64,000 nt of DNA, taken from a virus. Shown in pieces: positions 19,990-29,040 of the stretch. The stretch covers positions 96,001-160,000 of IMG/VR virus record IMGVR_UViG_3300011113_000664; one strand, written 5' to 3'. The position numbers were made by a program, and so were the translations under genes. The notes beneath the pieces were generated by a model that saw only the letters and a list, made by a program, of their open reading frames with translations, was not told the origin of the DNA and searched no databases. Numbering within the stretch: the first letter of the stretch is position 1; each line of letters opens with the position of its first letter.

Positions 19990-21177
19990 TTATGTCCAAT
20001 AATGGAATCTGTATTCTAAAGTTATATCGCTTGAATATGATGGGTTGATAAAATCGCTATAGACTCTAAATAGAATATTTCCTTGTGCAGAATTTGGTAT
20101 TGTACTTGTAGAGCCTGGTGGTTTTGTTCTTGCTACATCTTTTCTTATTACTTTTATTGGTACTGATTTTTTATATATTGTATTATTAGCCGTTGGAGTT
20201 ACAGTACCATTTGTATTGTTATTAAATTCAAATCTTAAATTTGATGTAATTACTGTTTCTGAATACGGTGGGTTATCCACTCCAATAACTAAATCAATAT
20301 AATTCCAAGCAGAATCGGTAAGATTACTTTTTTCTATTTTAAAAAATGCTGTATTTAATGTATTTTGTGTTATTTGTGAATTATCTGAATTTCTTATTGA
20401 TACATCTATATAATTATAATAACTTGGGTCTAATGTAATTGTCTGTTTATTTCCACCAACAACAGCTACACTAGCAGGATTAGTAGGAATAGTATTGTCA
20501 AAAGTATTTGTTTGACTAAATATTAAATTATTTTGTGGTTGATTTGGTAAACAGTCTAAATTAGTTTGCCCAATCAATTTTTCAGTTCCTTGACCATCTT
20601 TTACATAAACTTGATAATAAATTGGTATTACTTGTTGTGCATCTCTTGTAGAAAATTCAAATGATTGACCTATTTGTTTTGGTGTAAAATAGTTATCAGG
20701 ACCAAAATCTGTATAAAATTGATTTATTGTTACTTGTGGTGTACCATTTGGAAATACAGGTGCAACTCTCCATGTATAAGGTCCACCTGAACCTCCTACA
20801 GGGTTTGTAACATTTATTATTACAACATAATCAAAAGTGGAACAGTTTTGAGAAAAATTAGCACTCATTGGTGAATTACCTTCACCTTTAAGCATATTTT
20901 TACCAAATACAACCATTCCTTTATTACTTTTAATACAAACATCATTATCACCTGTTATATCAGGTATAAAACCACTTTTTGGTGTGTTATATAATGTGTT
21001 TCCTGAAGAGTCAACCCCAATAATTTGTTTACTAATTTGATAATTTATATCCTCATCATGTAAACTAAAATTTTTAATTTGAAAATCAATAACATCGCCA
21101 TTAAAAATTCTTTCTCTTGCATATTCTGTAAAATATGCATAAAGTTGTACTGTTGATGAACTTACTATAAATCCCAT
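19990..21177 (-). CDS. Fibre/appendage-like virion protein, paralogue 3
   Basis: MGFI..AYFTEYAR..FSLHDEDINY..YNTPKSGFIPDITGDNDVC, then GGSGGPYTW and a beta-rich (Ig-like?) segment. Confidence 0.65.
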   Translation of the reverse strand: MGFIVSSSTVQLYAYFTEYARERIFNGDVIDFQIKNFSLHDEDINYQISKQIIGVDSSGNTLYNTPKSGFIPDITGDNDVCIKSNKGMVVFGKNMLKGEGNSPMSANFSQNCSTFDYVVIINVTNPVGGSGGPYTWRVAPVFPNGTPQVTINQFYTDFGPDNYFTPKQIGQSFEFSTRDAQQVIPIYYQVYVKDGQGTEKLIGQTNLDCLPNQPQNNLIFSQTNTFDNTIPTNPASVAVVGGNKQTITLDPSYYNYIDVSIRNSDNSQITQNTLNTAFFKIEKSNLTDSAWNYIDLVIGVDNPPYSETVITSNLRFEFNNNTNGTVTPTANNTIYKKSVPIKVIRKDVARTKPPGSTSTIPNSAQGNILFRVYSDFINPSYSSDITLEYRFHYWT

Positions 21178-21186
21178 TGTTTTATA

Positions 21187-22197
21187 TTAATTAGATATTG
21201 TCTTTTCAAGTTGCGCTCTATATGTATATGTATTTTTTTGAGTGTTTACTTGTATATTTGAATTAGTTGAATTTAAAGTAAACGTAAACTCAAAATGTCT
21301 ATTAATAGTGGTTTGGTCTAAATAACTTGGTTCAATATAAAGTACCATTTCTGTTAATTTATTTATAACATCATTAGTTGTTACACTAGCAAAACTATAA
21401 TTAGATATATAATTTGAAATATTACCAAGATTACTAGTTGGATTATAATCTTTAAAACTAATTTTTATAAAATCTTCAAAAACTTTGTTTGGTTTTGTTC
21501 CGGTAAAAGTATATCCAATGGTACTTGGTGTTGAAATAGATAAATTGAATTTTACAGCATCTCTCTCTGCTTGAGTAATTGGTGTTGTATCACCGGGAGA
21601 TGTTTTTAATACAATTGCAAATCTTGAATCTTGGTCACCAAGTGGTATTTGTGTGCCTGGGGTTGGACTATCACCATTTATTATGATGGTACAATTTTGA
21701 CCTAACTTTAATTTATTTGTTGTGCTATCGATAGGGTCTACTTTTCTTCTATGTATCCAATAATCATTGCGATTATCATAATTTGTTGCATATTCAAATT
21801 CCAATATTAATGGTTGAGTTCTTGGTGTTACAGACCCACCACCTGTTCCTCCTCCTGTTCCACCACCTGTTCCTGTTGATGAGGTTATAGAAGATAAAAC
21901 AACAAGTGGTCCACCATAAATTAAATGACTATCATCATCTACGATATAGGCTTGTGATACACTTTTAATACAAATGTCATTATCACCTGTTGCATCAGGT
22001 AAAAATCCATTTTTTAAATAATTATAATTTAAATTTTGGTCAATAATTGATGAAATTTTATAATTTACATCATTATCATGTAGACTAAAAAATTTTATTT
22101 CAGAATGTGTTGCTGATGAATATAATAATTTTTTTCTACCATCTTGTGTAAGATAGCATTTTATTACTTGTGGTGTTGTATCTGTTATAAATCCCAT
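21187..22197 (-). CDS. Fibre/appendage-like virion protein, paralogue 2
   Basis: MGFI..CYLTQDGR..FSLHDNDVNY..LKNGFLPDATGDNDIC, then a (TGGG)n linker. Confidence 0.65.
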   Translation of the reverse strand: MGFITDTTPQVIKCYLTQDGRKKLLYSSATHSEIKFFSLHDNDVNYKISSIIDQNLNYNYLKNGFLPDATGDNDICIKSVSQAYIVDDDSHLIYGGPLVVLSSITSSTGTGGGTGGGTGGGSVTPRTQPLILEFEYATNYDNRNDYWIHRRKVDPIDSTTNKLKLGQNCTIIINGDSPTPGTQIPLGDQDSRFAIVLKTSPGDTTPITQAERDAVKFNLSISTPSTIGYTFTGTKPNKVFEDFIKISFKDYNPTSNLGNISNYISNYSFASVTTNDVINKLTEMVLYIEPSYLDQTTINRHFEFTFTLNSTNSNIQVNTQKNTYTYRAQLEKTISN

Positions 22198-22210
22198 TTT
22201 ATTTTATAAT

Positions 22211-23389
22211 TTATGCTGACTTTTTTCCTTCTACCCTACCTTTATAATCATATGTATCTTTTCCTGTTACTACTGATAAATTAGGTGAATCAGATATTAA
22301 TTTTATTTTAAATTGAAACTCTTTAATTAAATTAGTATATAAACCAGTTGTTATAGTACTGTTAAAATAGCTTTGTTTAATACCAAAAGTTAAATCTGTT
22401 ATTGGGTTATAAGGATTTCCCGGTGGTCCAAAATTTAAAATAGATGTAGTACCAACAGTATTTAATATACCGTTAAAATTTCCAACATCTATACTTGGTT
22501 TAATATAAAAAATCCAATTGGTATCAACAATTGATTCTAATAGAATTTTAAATTTAATTGAATTTATTTCATCTTGTGTTATATTAGTTTGAGTTGGGTC
22601 AACAAAACTATATCTAATCTTTAATGTATTATTAGTTTTTAAACTAAAATCTGTTCTAGCCTGAGTAGGGGTATTAACATTTTGTGTATGTAAAAATTCA
22701 GGTGAATCTTTAGTTAAAGGTGCAAGTACATTAGTTGGATTAACAAATTCTATTTGAAATTGTCTAAGTGGTGGGTCTGAAACAGTAATATATGAAGTTC
22801 TTGTTTTACTATCTGAACCAAATTGATTAGTTGCTCTTAGTTTTACAGCATAAACACCTGATGTTGTGTATGTATGACTTGGGTTTTGTAATGTACTATC
22901 ATTAGTACCATCATTTTCAAAATCCCATTCCCATGCAAGAGATGTTAATGGTGCAGACATATTTGTAGAATTATCAGTAAACTGAACGGTTAACGGTTTA
23001 TATCCTGAAAGTGTCGAAGCCGTAAAATCGGCAACAGGTATAAATGTCGTAGGTCCACCACCGCCACCACTAGTACCACCTCCACCATCAGGTGGTTGAG
23101 GTGTTCCACCATAAATTAAATAACTATTATCATCCACAATGTATGCTTGAGCGATACTTCTAATACAATTATCATTATCACCTGTTACATCGGGTACAAA
23201 TCCCCTTTTTAACTTATTATACTCAAAATTTATAATTTTGGATGCTACATCATAATTTATATCATTATCATGTAATGTAAAATGCGTTGCTGTACATGCG
23301 GTAGCATCGCCAAAAAGTAAATTACTTCTACCCTTTTGTGTTAAGTAAGCATAAAGTGTTTGAGTGGTTGAACTTGGTACATAACCCAT
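22211..23389 (-). CDS. Fibre/appendage-like virion protein, paralogue 1, with a PKD domain
   Basis: Same N-terminal module, a Gly linker, then a PKD signature PVADFTAS..GYKPLTVQFTDNS..WEWDFENDG..STLQNPSHTY..GVYAVKLRATN..GS. Confidence 0.75.
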   Translation of the reverse strand: MGYVPSSTTQTLYAYLTQKGRSNLLFGDATACTATHFTLHDNDINYDVASKIINFEYNKLKRGFVPDVTGDNDNCIRSIAQAYIVDDNSYLIYGGTPQPPDGGGGTSGGGGGPTTFIPVADFTASTLSGYKPLTVQFTDNSTNMSAPLTSLAWEWDFENDGTNDSTLQNPSHTYTTSGVYAVKLRATNQFGSDSKTRTSYITVSDPPLRQFQIEFVNPTNVLAPLTKDSPEFLHTQNVNTPTQARTDFSLKTNNTLKIRYSFVDPTQTNITQDEINSIKFKILLESIVDTNWIFYIKPSIDVGNFNGILNTVGTTSILNFGPPGNPYNPITDLTFGIKQSYFNSTITTGLYTNLIKEFQFKIKLISDSPNLSVVTGKDTYDYKGRVEGKKSA

Positions 23390-23390
23390 A

Positions 23391-25445
23391 TTAAAAATCC
23401 ATATCTAATTCTACTGTAAATAATTTATTGGTACTCTTTTTAATAGGATTATTTAATTTACCAATAGCGACTAATGAATTATTTTGGTCATAAATAGCAG
23501 CTTCGGTTATATACACACTATCATTACTATCCCATGTTGGATTATTAGAAGTGTTATATTCATTAAATCCTAAAATATGTGACATTTTTGTTCTATAAAC
23601 TGTTGCCTTAATTTCTGTGTTTATATTGCCAAGTAATATACTTTCCTCACCAAAACCTAATTTTGTTGTTGTTGAATAATCTCCTGTTGTTGGTAATGTT
23701 CCTATCCAATTTTCAATATTATATGTTGTACCACCTGTATAATCATCATTATTTAATGTATAATTTTGGGTAAGTGCTGTTACAGGTATTGAATATACAC
23801 CCCATAAACCATAATCTCGTAATTTTGATGTATAATCAATTAATTTCCAAGTTGCAGGATTTGGTGTTAGATTTGTATTAACTTTTTGAGCCAAAATATA
23901 AAATTTGTTTGCGTTAAACCCTGTTCCATCTGATGAAGATACATCAGATACCATGAATTTTAAATCAGATGATTTAAAACTAAATAATACATTTTGGTCT
24001 GATGTAGTAGATGGATATATGTATGTTGTATAACCACAATGAATACCACCTCTTAAACCTAAACTAGTATTAGTATTGTAACCATCATTATATGCGTTTT
24101 CATTAGTAAATAAATATGTTAAAGCAACATATTGTGTTGAATTTTTAGGTAATAGTGAATTTGTACTTGGAGAAGTTGCAATAGAACCTTGCCAATTTGG
24201 TAATGGTAAAGTATGTGACCTGTCACTTTTAAGTGCTAAAACATTTACTAATTCTTCATCCTCAATAACTGCAATTCTTAAATCATTAAATACTTTCCCC
24301 ACAATATTTTGAGAAGTTGATTCAACAAGATTATAATATTCAGTTGTAAATCCTGTTAATGTTGTTAGTTCTGTTTTCTTTTGTGTATCTGCCGATAAAA
24401 CAATACCCATTGTTCGGTTTTCTTTACCATGATACATAACTGTCGGTAAATCAATTCTAAATGTATTATTATAAAATCCTTCACCGTAATAATTTGATAT
24501 TGATTTATTAGTATAATGAATTATTGCAAATTTAGATGTAGAATTATCAAGCGATAAACCTTGAATGTATTCTTTAAAACCTGAAAATATTGCACTATCA
24601 TAATATTGCGGTACATAACTATTTGTTATACCTGCTAAAGTATCTTTATAAACAATATTTAAATTCCAAACAGGTACATCATCGTTTGCACCAATATTAC
24701 AAGTTGAATCAAACGATAGAGTGTTATAATTCCAATAACCAACAGTTGTTCCTGTACTATAGTAATTATCAACTGCATTATTTGGAGGATAAATATAAAT
24801 TAAACATTTATATGTTCCACCATTTCCATTAAAACGTGGTAAAGTCCTATCAAGTGTTATACCCGTACCATTTACAGCTTGAACTTTATACCAAAGAAAT
24901 TGTCTTGGATAGTTTTCACCAATAACACCTGTTGTACTCGTAAATACTGTTAATTTTGGATTTCTAAAATCAATTAAAAGTGTAGTACCTGTTATAATAT
25001 TTGTTGCTGATGCTACATTAATTACACTACCACCTGTAAAACCTGTAATAAAAGCAGTTGTCATGCCTTTAATATATGTTGATGATGTTAATGCTGTAAA
25101 ACCTGCTGAAGTAGAACCTGTAAAAAATCCTCTTTGTTTAGCGGTATTTTTAACTTGTGTAGTGACAGGTAGAATATTATCAATAGTTTTTTTTGTTACT
25201 GTTGAGTCACTTGATGAAATTGGAACACCATATTTAATATTAGGATTTGCATCTTTTGGTCGCATTATTGAAAGGTCAGAACCATCAATTACACTTTCAA
25301 AATTTCTTAAAAAATTATAATCAACTTCTGAATCACCAAATTCAATTCTTGTAAAGTTTAAATTACCTGAAGCAAGTAGTAGTCTACCTATATTTGTCAG
25401 TTTTGTGTTAATTACAACTGCATCTGTTTTTTGTATAAAACTCAT
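23391..25445 (-). CDS. Large virion protein with both halves of the tail-collar-like domain flanking a ~550-aa insert
   Basis: N-terminus INTKLTNIGRLLLASG.LNFTRIEFGDSEVDY and C-terminus YNTSNNPTW..VYITEAAIYDQNNSLVAIGKLNNPIKK. Confidence 0.65.
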   Translation of the reverse strand: MSFIQKTDAVVINTKLTNIGRLLLASGNLNFTRIEFGDSEVDYNFLRNFESVIDGSDLSIMRPKDANPNIKYGVPISSSDSTVTKKTIDNILPVTTQVKNTAKQRGFFTGSTSAGFTALTSSTYIKGMTTAFITGFTGGSVINVASATNIITGTTLLIDFRNPKLTVFTSTTGVIGENYPRQFLWYKVQAVNGTGITLDRTLPRFNGNGGTYKCLIYIYPPNNAVDNYYSTGTTVGYWNYNTLSFDSTCNIGANDDVPVWNLNIVYKDTLAGITNSYVPQYYDSAIFSGFKEYIQGLSLDNSTSKFAIIHYTNKSISNYYGEGFYNNTFRIDLPTVMYHGKENRTMGIVLSADTQKKTELTTLTGFTTEYYNLVESTSQNIVGKVFNDLRIAVIEDEELVNVLALKSDRSHTLPLPNWQGSIATSPSTNSLLPKNSTQYVALTYLFTNENAYNDGYNTNTSLGLRGGIHCGYTTYIYPSTTSDQNVLFSFKSSDLKFMVSDVSSSDGTGFNANKFYILAQKVNTNLTPNPATWKLIDYTSKLRDYGLWGVYSIPVTALTQNYTLNNDDYTGGTTYNIENWIGTLPTTGDYSTTTKLGFGEESILLGNINTEIKATVYRTKMSHILGFNEYNTSNNPTWDSNDSVYITEAAIYDQNNSLVAIGKLNNPIKKSTNKLFTVELDMDF

Positions 25446-25452
25446 TGGAAAT

Positions 25453-25471
25453 ACTATTTATAATAAATAGT
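25453..25471. promoter_or_regulatory. Overlapping bidirectional candidate late promoter (near-palindrome ACTATTTATAATAAATAGT)
   Basis: Each strand's box lies 16 nt from its start codon (25445 on minus, 25479 on plus). Confidence 0.65.
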
Positions 25472-25478
25472 TAGTATT

Positions 25479-25739
25479 ATGTTTGGTTTATTTTCAAAAT
25501 TTATAAATGATTTACTTAGGGATAGTAATTCTAAAAAAACTTCACTAACAAGAATACTAGCTATTATGTTATTTTTTATTGTTATATGGTTTCATATTGA
25601 AGCAATTTCAATAATGGTTTCTAAACAAGAGATTGACCACGCATTAATATTTGAAGATTTTGCTTTTATTAGTGCATTGATTATGCATAAAAATTATATT
25701 AATAGAAATAGCAAAGAAGAGCAAGTTGAACCTTCTTAA
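25479..25739 (+). CDS. Small membrane protein, possible holin
   Basis: 86 aa, SLTRILAIMLFFIVIWF plus a second hydrophobic segment, charged C-terminus, preceded by the late box. Confidence 0.5.
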   Translation: MFGLFSKFINDLLRDSNSKKTSLTRILAIMLFFIVIWFHIEAISIMVSKQEIDHALIFEDFAFISALIMHKNYINRNSKEEQVEPS

Positions 25740-26275
25740 AATGGTGTTAAAAAGTTTAAAAAGGGTAATCCAATAATATCTTTTTCAGATAATATGGGAT
25801 TATCAATAACCCAATTAATATTTAAATCTTTATCTAAAGGGTTTATTGATATTTCAGATTCTTTATTATATATATTTGAACATTTATAACTAAAAATCGA
25901 ATCTTCTAAAGCAACAAAACCATGTGCAAATCCTTTTGGTATATAAAGACTGTTGTTTTTTTCACTAGAAAGTTCAATAGATATATATTTTCCATATGTT
26001 TTTGACCCATTTCTAATATCAACAGCAACATCTAAAACTTTACCATTTACTACTCTCACTAATTTTGCTTGTTCAAATGGTGGTTTTTGTAGATGTAGAC
26101 CTCTTACAACATTTTTTTTTGAAAAAGATTGATTATCTTGTATAAAATCATCGGTAATCCCTATTTTTTCAAATGTATTTTGGTTATATGATTCAAAAAA
26201 ATAACCTCTATTATCTTCAAATTTTTTGGGTATAATTTCTATTATGCCCTCTATATCAAAATAATTTATTTCCAT
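25736..26275 (-). CDS. rmlC: dTDP-4-dehydrorhamnose 3,5-epimerase
   Basis: FEDNRGYFFESYN, FIQDNQSFS..NVVRGLHLQ, QAKLVRV..G.VLDVAVDIR, LYIPKGFAHGF, LSEKD. Confidence 0.95.
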   Translation of the reverse strand: MEINYFDIEGIIEIIPKKFEDNRGYFFESYNQNTFEKIGITDDFIQDNQSFSKKNVVRGLHLQKPPFEQAKLVRVVNGKVLDVAVDIRNGSKTYGKYISIELSSEKNNSLYIPKGFAHGFVALEDSIFSYKCSNIYNKESEISINPLDKDLNINWVIDNPILSEKDIIGLPFLNFLTPF

Positions 26276-26277
26276 AA

Positions 26278-27681
26278 TTAAGCAACTAATTCAAATTTTT
26301 CTTTCATCAATCCTCTATAAAAGTCTGCCCTGATATGACTTAATACATCAATGTCATATCTTTTACATGCAAGTTCATATGCTGTTTCACCCATATCTTT
26401 AACATGATTTGGATTATTGATACAATATTTAATCTTTTTATACCAATCTTTATATTGTCTATCAGGATTTACATATAAAATATTTTTACCATCTACCCAA
26501 TCTTTGTCATGGTTGTAAATTGGAACATCTGAAGCAATTACAGGAACTTTGTGAAATGCAGCTTCAATTACTTTAAGATTTGATTTTGCAAATTGATAGC
26601 GATTATCTGAATTATCATCCATAACACCTTTACCATATACTTTAATAGGTGCAAGTGCTACATCACCATGTTTATAATTTGCAGCAAACTTGTAAAGACC
26701 TTGAGTTTTGTGTCTAAAATAATTTTGTTCTGCTTGTTTTTCATAAACAGCATCCAAATCAAACTTCATTAGAAAATCATAATAGTCTTTATCTTTAATA
26801 AGTTTATAATTTGATGTGAAAATCTCTTCATATCTTGTCCAAACAGTTTCTTGTGGTTTAATTGGTCTAGTTTGTTCTTGAAGAACATTTCCATTATATT
26901 TTTCAACAAGTTGTCTTGGAATTTCAGGTGTATCGGAAATATTAAAATTATTTGCCACAAGTTTATTATAAAGCTGTTGAGTAAATAAACCCATAGCTTG
27001 CACTTCTTTAATAAACTCTTCATTAACAATATAATTTGTTGTTGTTCCTCTCAAATCAAAACCCGAAAGATGAACTTGAAATTTATTTTCAATTGATGTA
27101 TCAGCAATAAGTCTTTCAAAACTATCTTTTAATAAAGAGACATCTTGTAAGTGTGATGAACCAGCAAGATAAAGAATTCTTAATTTATCATAAGAACATT
27201 TATCGTTTGCAGGAATCCATTCTTTAAGATTTCTATTTACTCCATTTGGGATAATTAAAATATTTTTATTATAAGGTTTAATATAATTTTCATAAACAGG
27301 AGTTGTTGTTGAAACAGCATCCACGATTTTAAGATTACCAACAATTTTTTCTTTTAAACCATCTTTTTTAACTGCATGATATAGAGGATGTTCTCTTGAT
27401 ACTTCCCAATAATCATCAATATCAAGTATTACCTTAATACCAAATGAATGAAGTTTATCTACTAAATATGGCATTTGAGCAAAATCACAAAGAGTTCTAT
27501 GTCCATGAATAATATCATATTGTTTTAAAAATTCATCATTATTCCAATCAATATTTTTAAGATAATCAATTTCAAATTCATCATCATAAAGTTTTGATAA
27601 AGAGATAGCAGGTTGTTCAGAACGATAAAAGTTTACACCATGAACATCCATGTTTGTAATCAAAATTCTTGGTTTTCTCAT
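26278..27681 (-). CDS. GT-B fold glycosyltransferase (GT4-like)
   Basis: GVNFYRSEQP, ILDIDDYW, IIPNGV, AGSSHLQD, DVALAPI, KSNLKVIEAAFHKVPVIASDVPIY. Confidence 0.8.
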   Translation of the reverse strand: MRKPRILITNMDVHGVNFYRSEQPAISLSKLYDDEFEIDYLKNIDWNNDEFLKQYDIIHGHRTLCDFAQMPYLVDKLHSFGIKVILDIDDYWEVSREHPLYHAVKKDGLKEKIVGNLKIVDAVSTTTPVYENYIKPYNKNILIIPNGVNRNLKEWIPANDKCSYDKLRILYLAGSSHLQDVSLLKDSFERLIADTSIENKFQVHLSGFDLRGTTTNYIVNEEFIKEVQAMGLFTQQLYNKLVANNFNISDTPEIPRQLVEKYNGNVLQEQTRPIKPQETVWTRYEEIFTSNYKLIKDKDYYDFLMKFDLDAVYEKQAEQNYFRHKTQGLYKFAANYKHGDVALAPIKVYGKGVMDDNSDNRYQFAKSNLKVIEAAFHKVPVIASDVPIYNHDKDWVDGKNILYVNPDRQYKDWYKKIKYCINNPNHVKDMGETAYELACKRYDIDVLSHIRADFYRGLMKEKFELVA

Positions 27682-27715
27682 AATTTAAGTAATATTACTT
27701 AAAATACGACAAAAA

Positions 27716-28108
27716 TTATGCACTTATTGAAAGTGATATATTATCAGCAACTGTTGTATATAAGTTGGTGTATAAAAAATCAATATTAATACTTAATGTA
27801 TTTGTGTTTTGGGATTGGTCAATTTGAATATCTTCAATCAAAAGATTTTTAAAATATTTTTCAATATCTTTTTTTAAAGATGCTTTTATTTCTGAAGCAA
27901 CGATTTGGTCATTTTTCTCAAATAAAAATTCATACAGTTTTGTTCCAAAATCAGGGTCATACCATCTTTCACCTTTTTTTGTTGTAACAAAAAAATATAA
28001 AGAAGAACGAATATCCTCAATACTAGTGGTATTCATTTTTAAAAGTTTACCATTAGTTTCATCATCCCTAAATGGGAATGCTATTGATATTGTTCTATTA
28101 TTTGCCAT
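27716..28108 (-). CDS. Baseplate wedge subunit, gp25/GPW-like
   Basis: ISIAFPF, IRSSLYFFVTTKKGERWYDPDFGTKLYEFLFE. Confidence 0.92.
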   Translation of the reverse strand: MANNRTISIAFPFRDDETNGKLLKMNTTSIEDIRSSLYFFVTTKKGERWYDPDFGTKLYEFLFEKNDQIVASEIKASLKKDIEKYFKNLLIEDIQIDQSQNTNTLSINIDFLYTNLYTTVADNISLSISA

Positions 28109-28989
28109 TAAGTAATTATTAGCATTAATTTATCACCAAAGTTGATTCCATCATATCCTGCTCTTTTTGCAAAACCATTTAATCTGTTTTTAATAAAATG
28201 TGCATAAACCTGATTTACATCGGATGCCATCTTTTTAATCATAGTTGGGTCTTTTTCAAAGTTAGGGTCAAGAATATACATACCTGCTAAATAGAATGGG
28301 TCATGAAGTTCCATTTCCTCATTAGGAACATATAAAACTTTATCAAAAAGAATTTCATATTCTTTATCATAACCTTTATCTTTTGTAAAGGACATAATAA
28401 AACCTGAAGTATTTCCTTTATCAAATGGTCTTACTGAATATAATGTAACAACTTTATTTGTAACATCATTAAAATCTAAATTTTCTTTCTGTTTTTCTAT
28501 TTCTTGCTCTTTATCAGGACCAAGATATTGTGCTTGCTGTTTTGGTTGATATAGATTACTTAATTCATTTTGAATAGTATCCATCATGTTAAATGTTGAT
28601 GGACTTTTAATTCCATATTCTTTTTTAAAATCAAGTCTATCTTGGATTTTATTTAAAATCCTACAAGCATCTTTAGAATTTAAAAAGATTTTATAACATT
28701 CTACTTTATCAATATCAGGTCTTGATTGATAAGCATAAACTCTGTGATGACCATCCAAAATATTATTATTTGCATCTACCCATGTCCTTGGTAAATAACC
28801 ATCATCATCAATAACACTATTAATATCATCAATTTTAGTTTTAGAAACCTTTTTTTGTAATGGTTTTAAATAGCTAGGTTCAACCATAACAGATTTAACA
28901 ATAATTCCACTATCCTTTAGTTCTTGAAGGATTTCATTTACATTTTCTTCTTTTACTTGCGGTAGCCAAATTTCAGAAACAGTATGCAT
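28108..28989 (-). CDS. ParB/Srx-like N-terminal domain protein
   Basis: LKPLQKKV..KI and WVDANNNILDGHHRVYA. C-terminal AKRAGYDGI segment. Confidence 0.65.
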   Translation of the reverse strand: MHTVSEIWLPQVKEENVNEILQELKDSGIIVKSVMVEPSYLKPLQKKVSKTKIDDINSVIDDDGYLPRTWVDANNNILDGHHRVYAYQSRPDIDKVECYKIFLNSKDACRILNKIQDRLDFKKEYGIKSPSTFNMMDTIQNELSNLYQPKQQAQYLGPDKEQEIEKQKENLDFNDVTNKVVTLYSVRPFDKGNTSGFIMSFTKDKGYDKEYEILFDKVLYVPNEEMELHDPFYLAGMYILDPNFEKDPTMIKKMASDVNQVYAHFIKNRLNGFAKRAGYDGINFGDKLMLIIT

Positions 28990-29003
28990 GTATCTATTTT
29001 TCT

Positions 29004-29024
29004 ATTAAATAGTGACTATTTATA
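29004..29024. promoter_or_regulatory. Back-to-back divergent candidate late promoter boxes (TAAATAGT-G-ACTATTTA)
   Basis: The minus box is 14 nt from the ATG at 28989 and the plus box is 16 nt from the ATG at 29041. Confidence 0.65.
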
Positions 29025-29040
29025 TAAAAATTTTTATCTT

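Noticed and set aside
21836-21876. Short tandem repeat (CCACCTGTTCCT-like units)
   Set aside because: It encodes a TGGG peptide linker. It is not a CRISPR array or a regulatory repeat.
18358-23389. Diversity-generating retroelement or invertase shufflon as the explanation for the paralogue array
   Set aside because: No reverse transcriptase, TR/VR pair, site-specific recombinase or inverted cassettes were seen in this window.
28984-29040. Listed 5' extension of the chaperone ORF (MHVSIFLL...)
   Set aside because: It overlaps the divergent gene's start and spans the promoter boxes. The ATG at 29041 fits the motif spacing.
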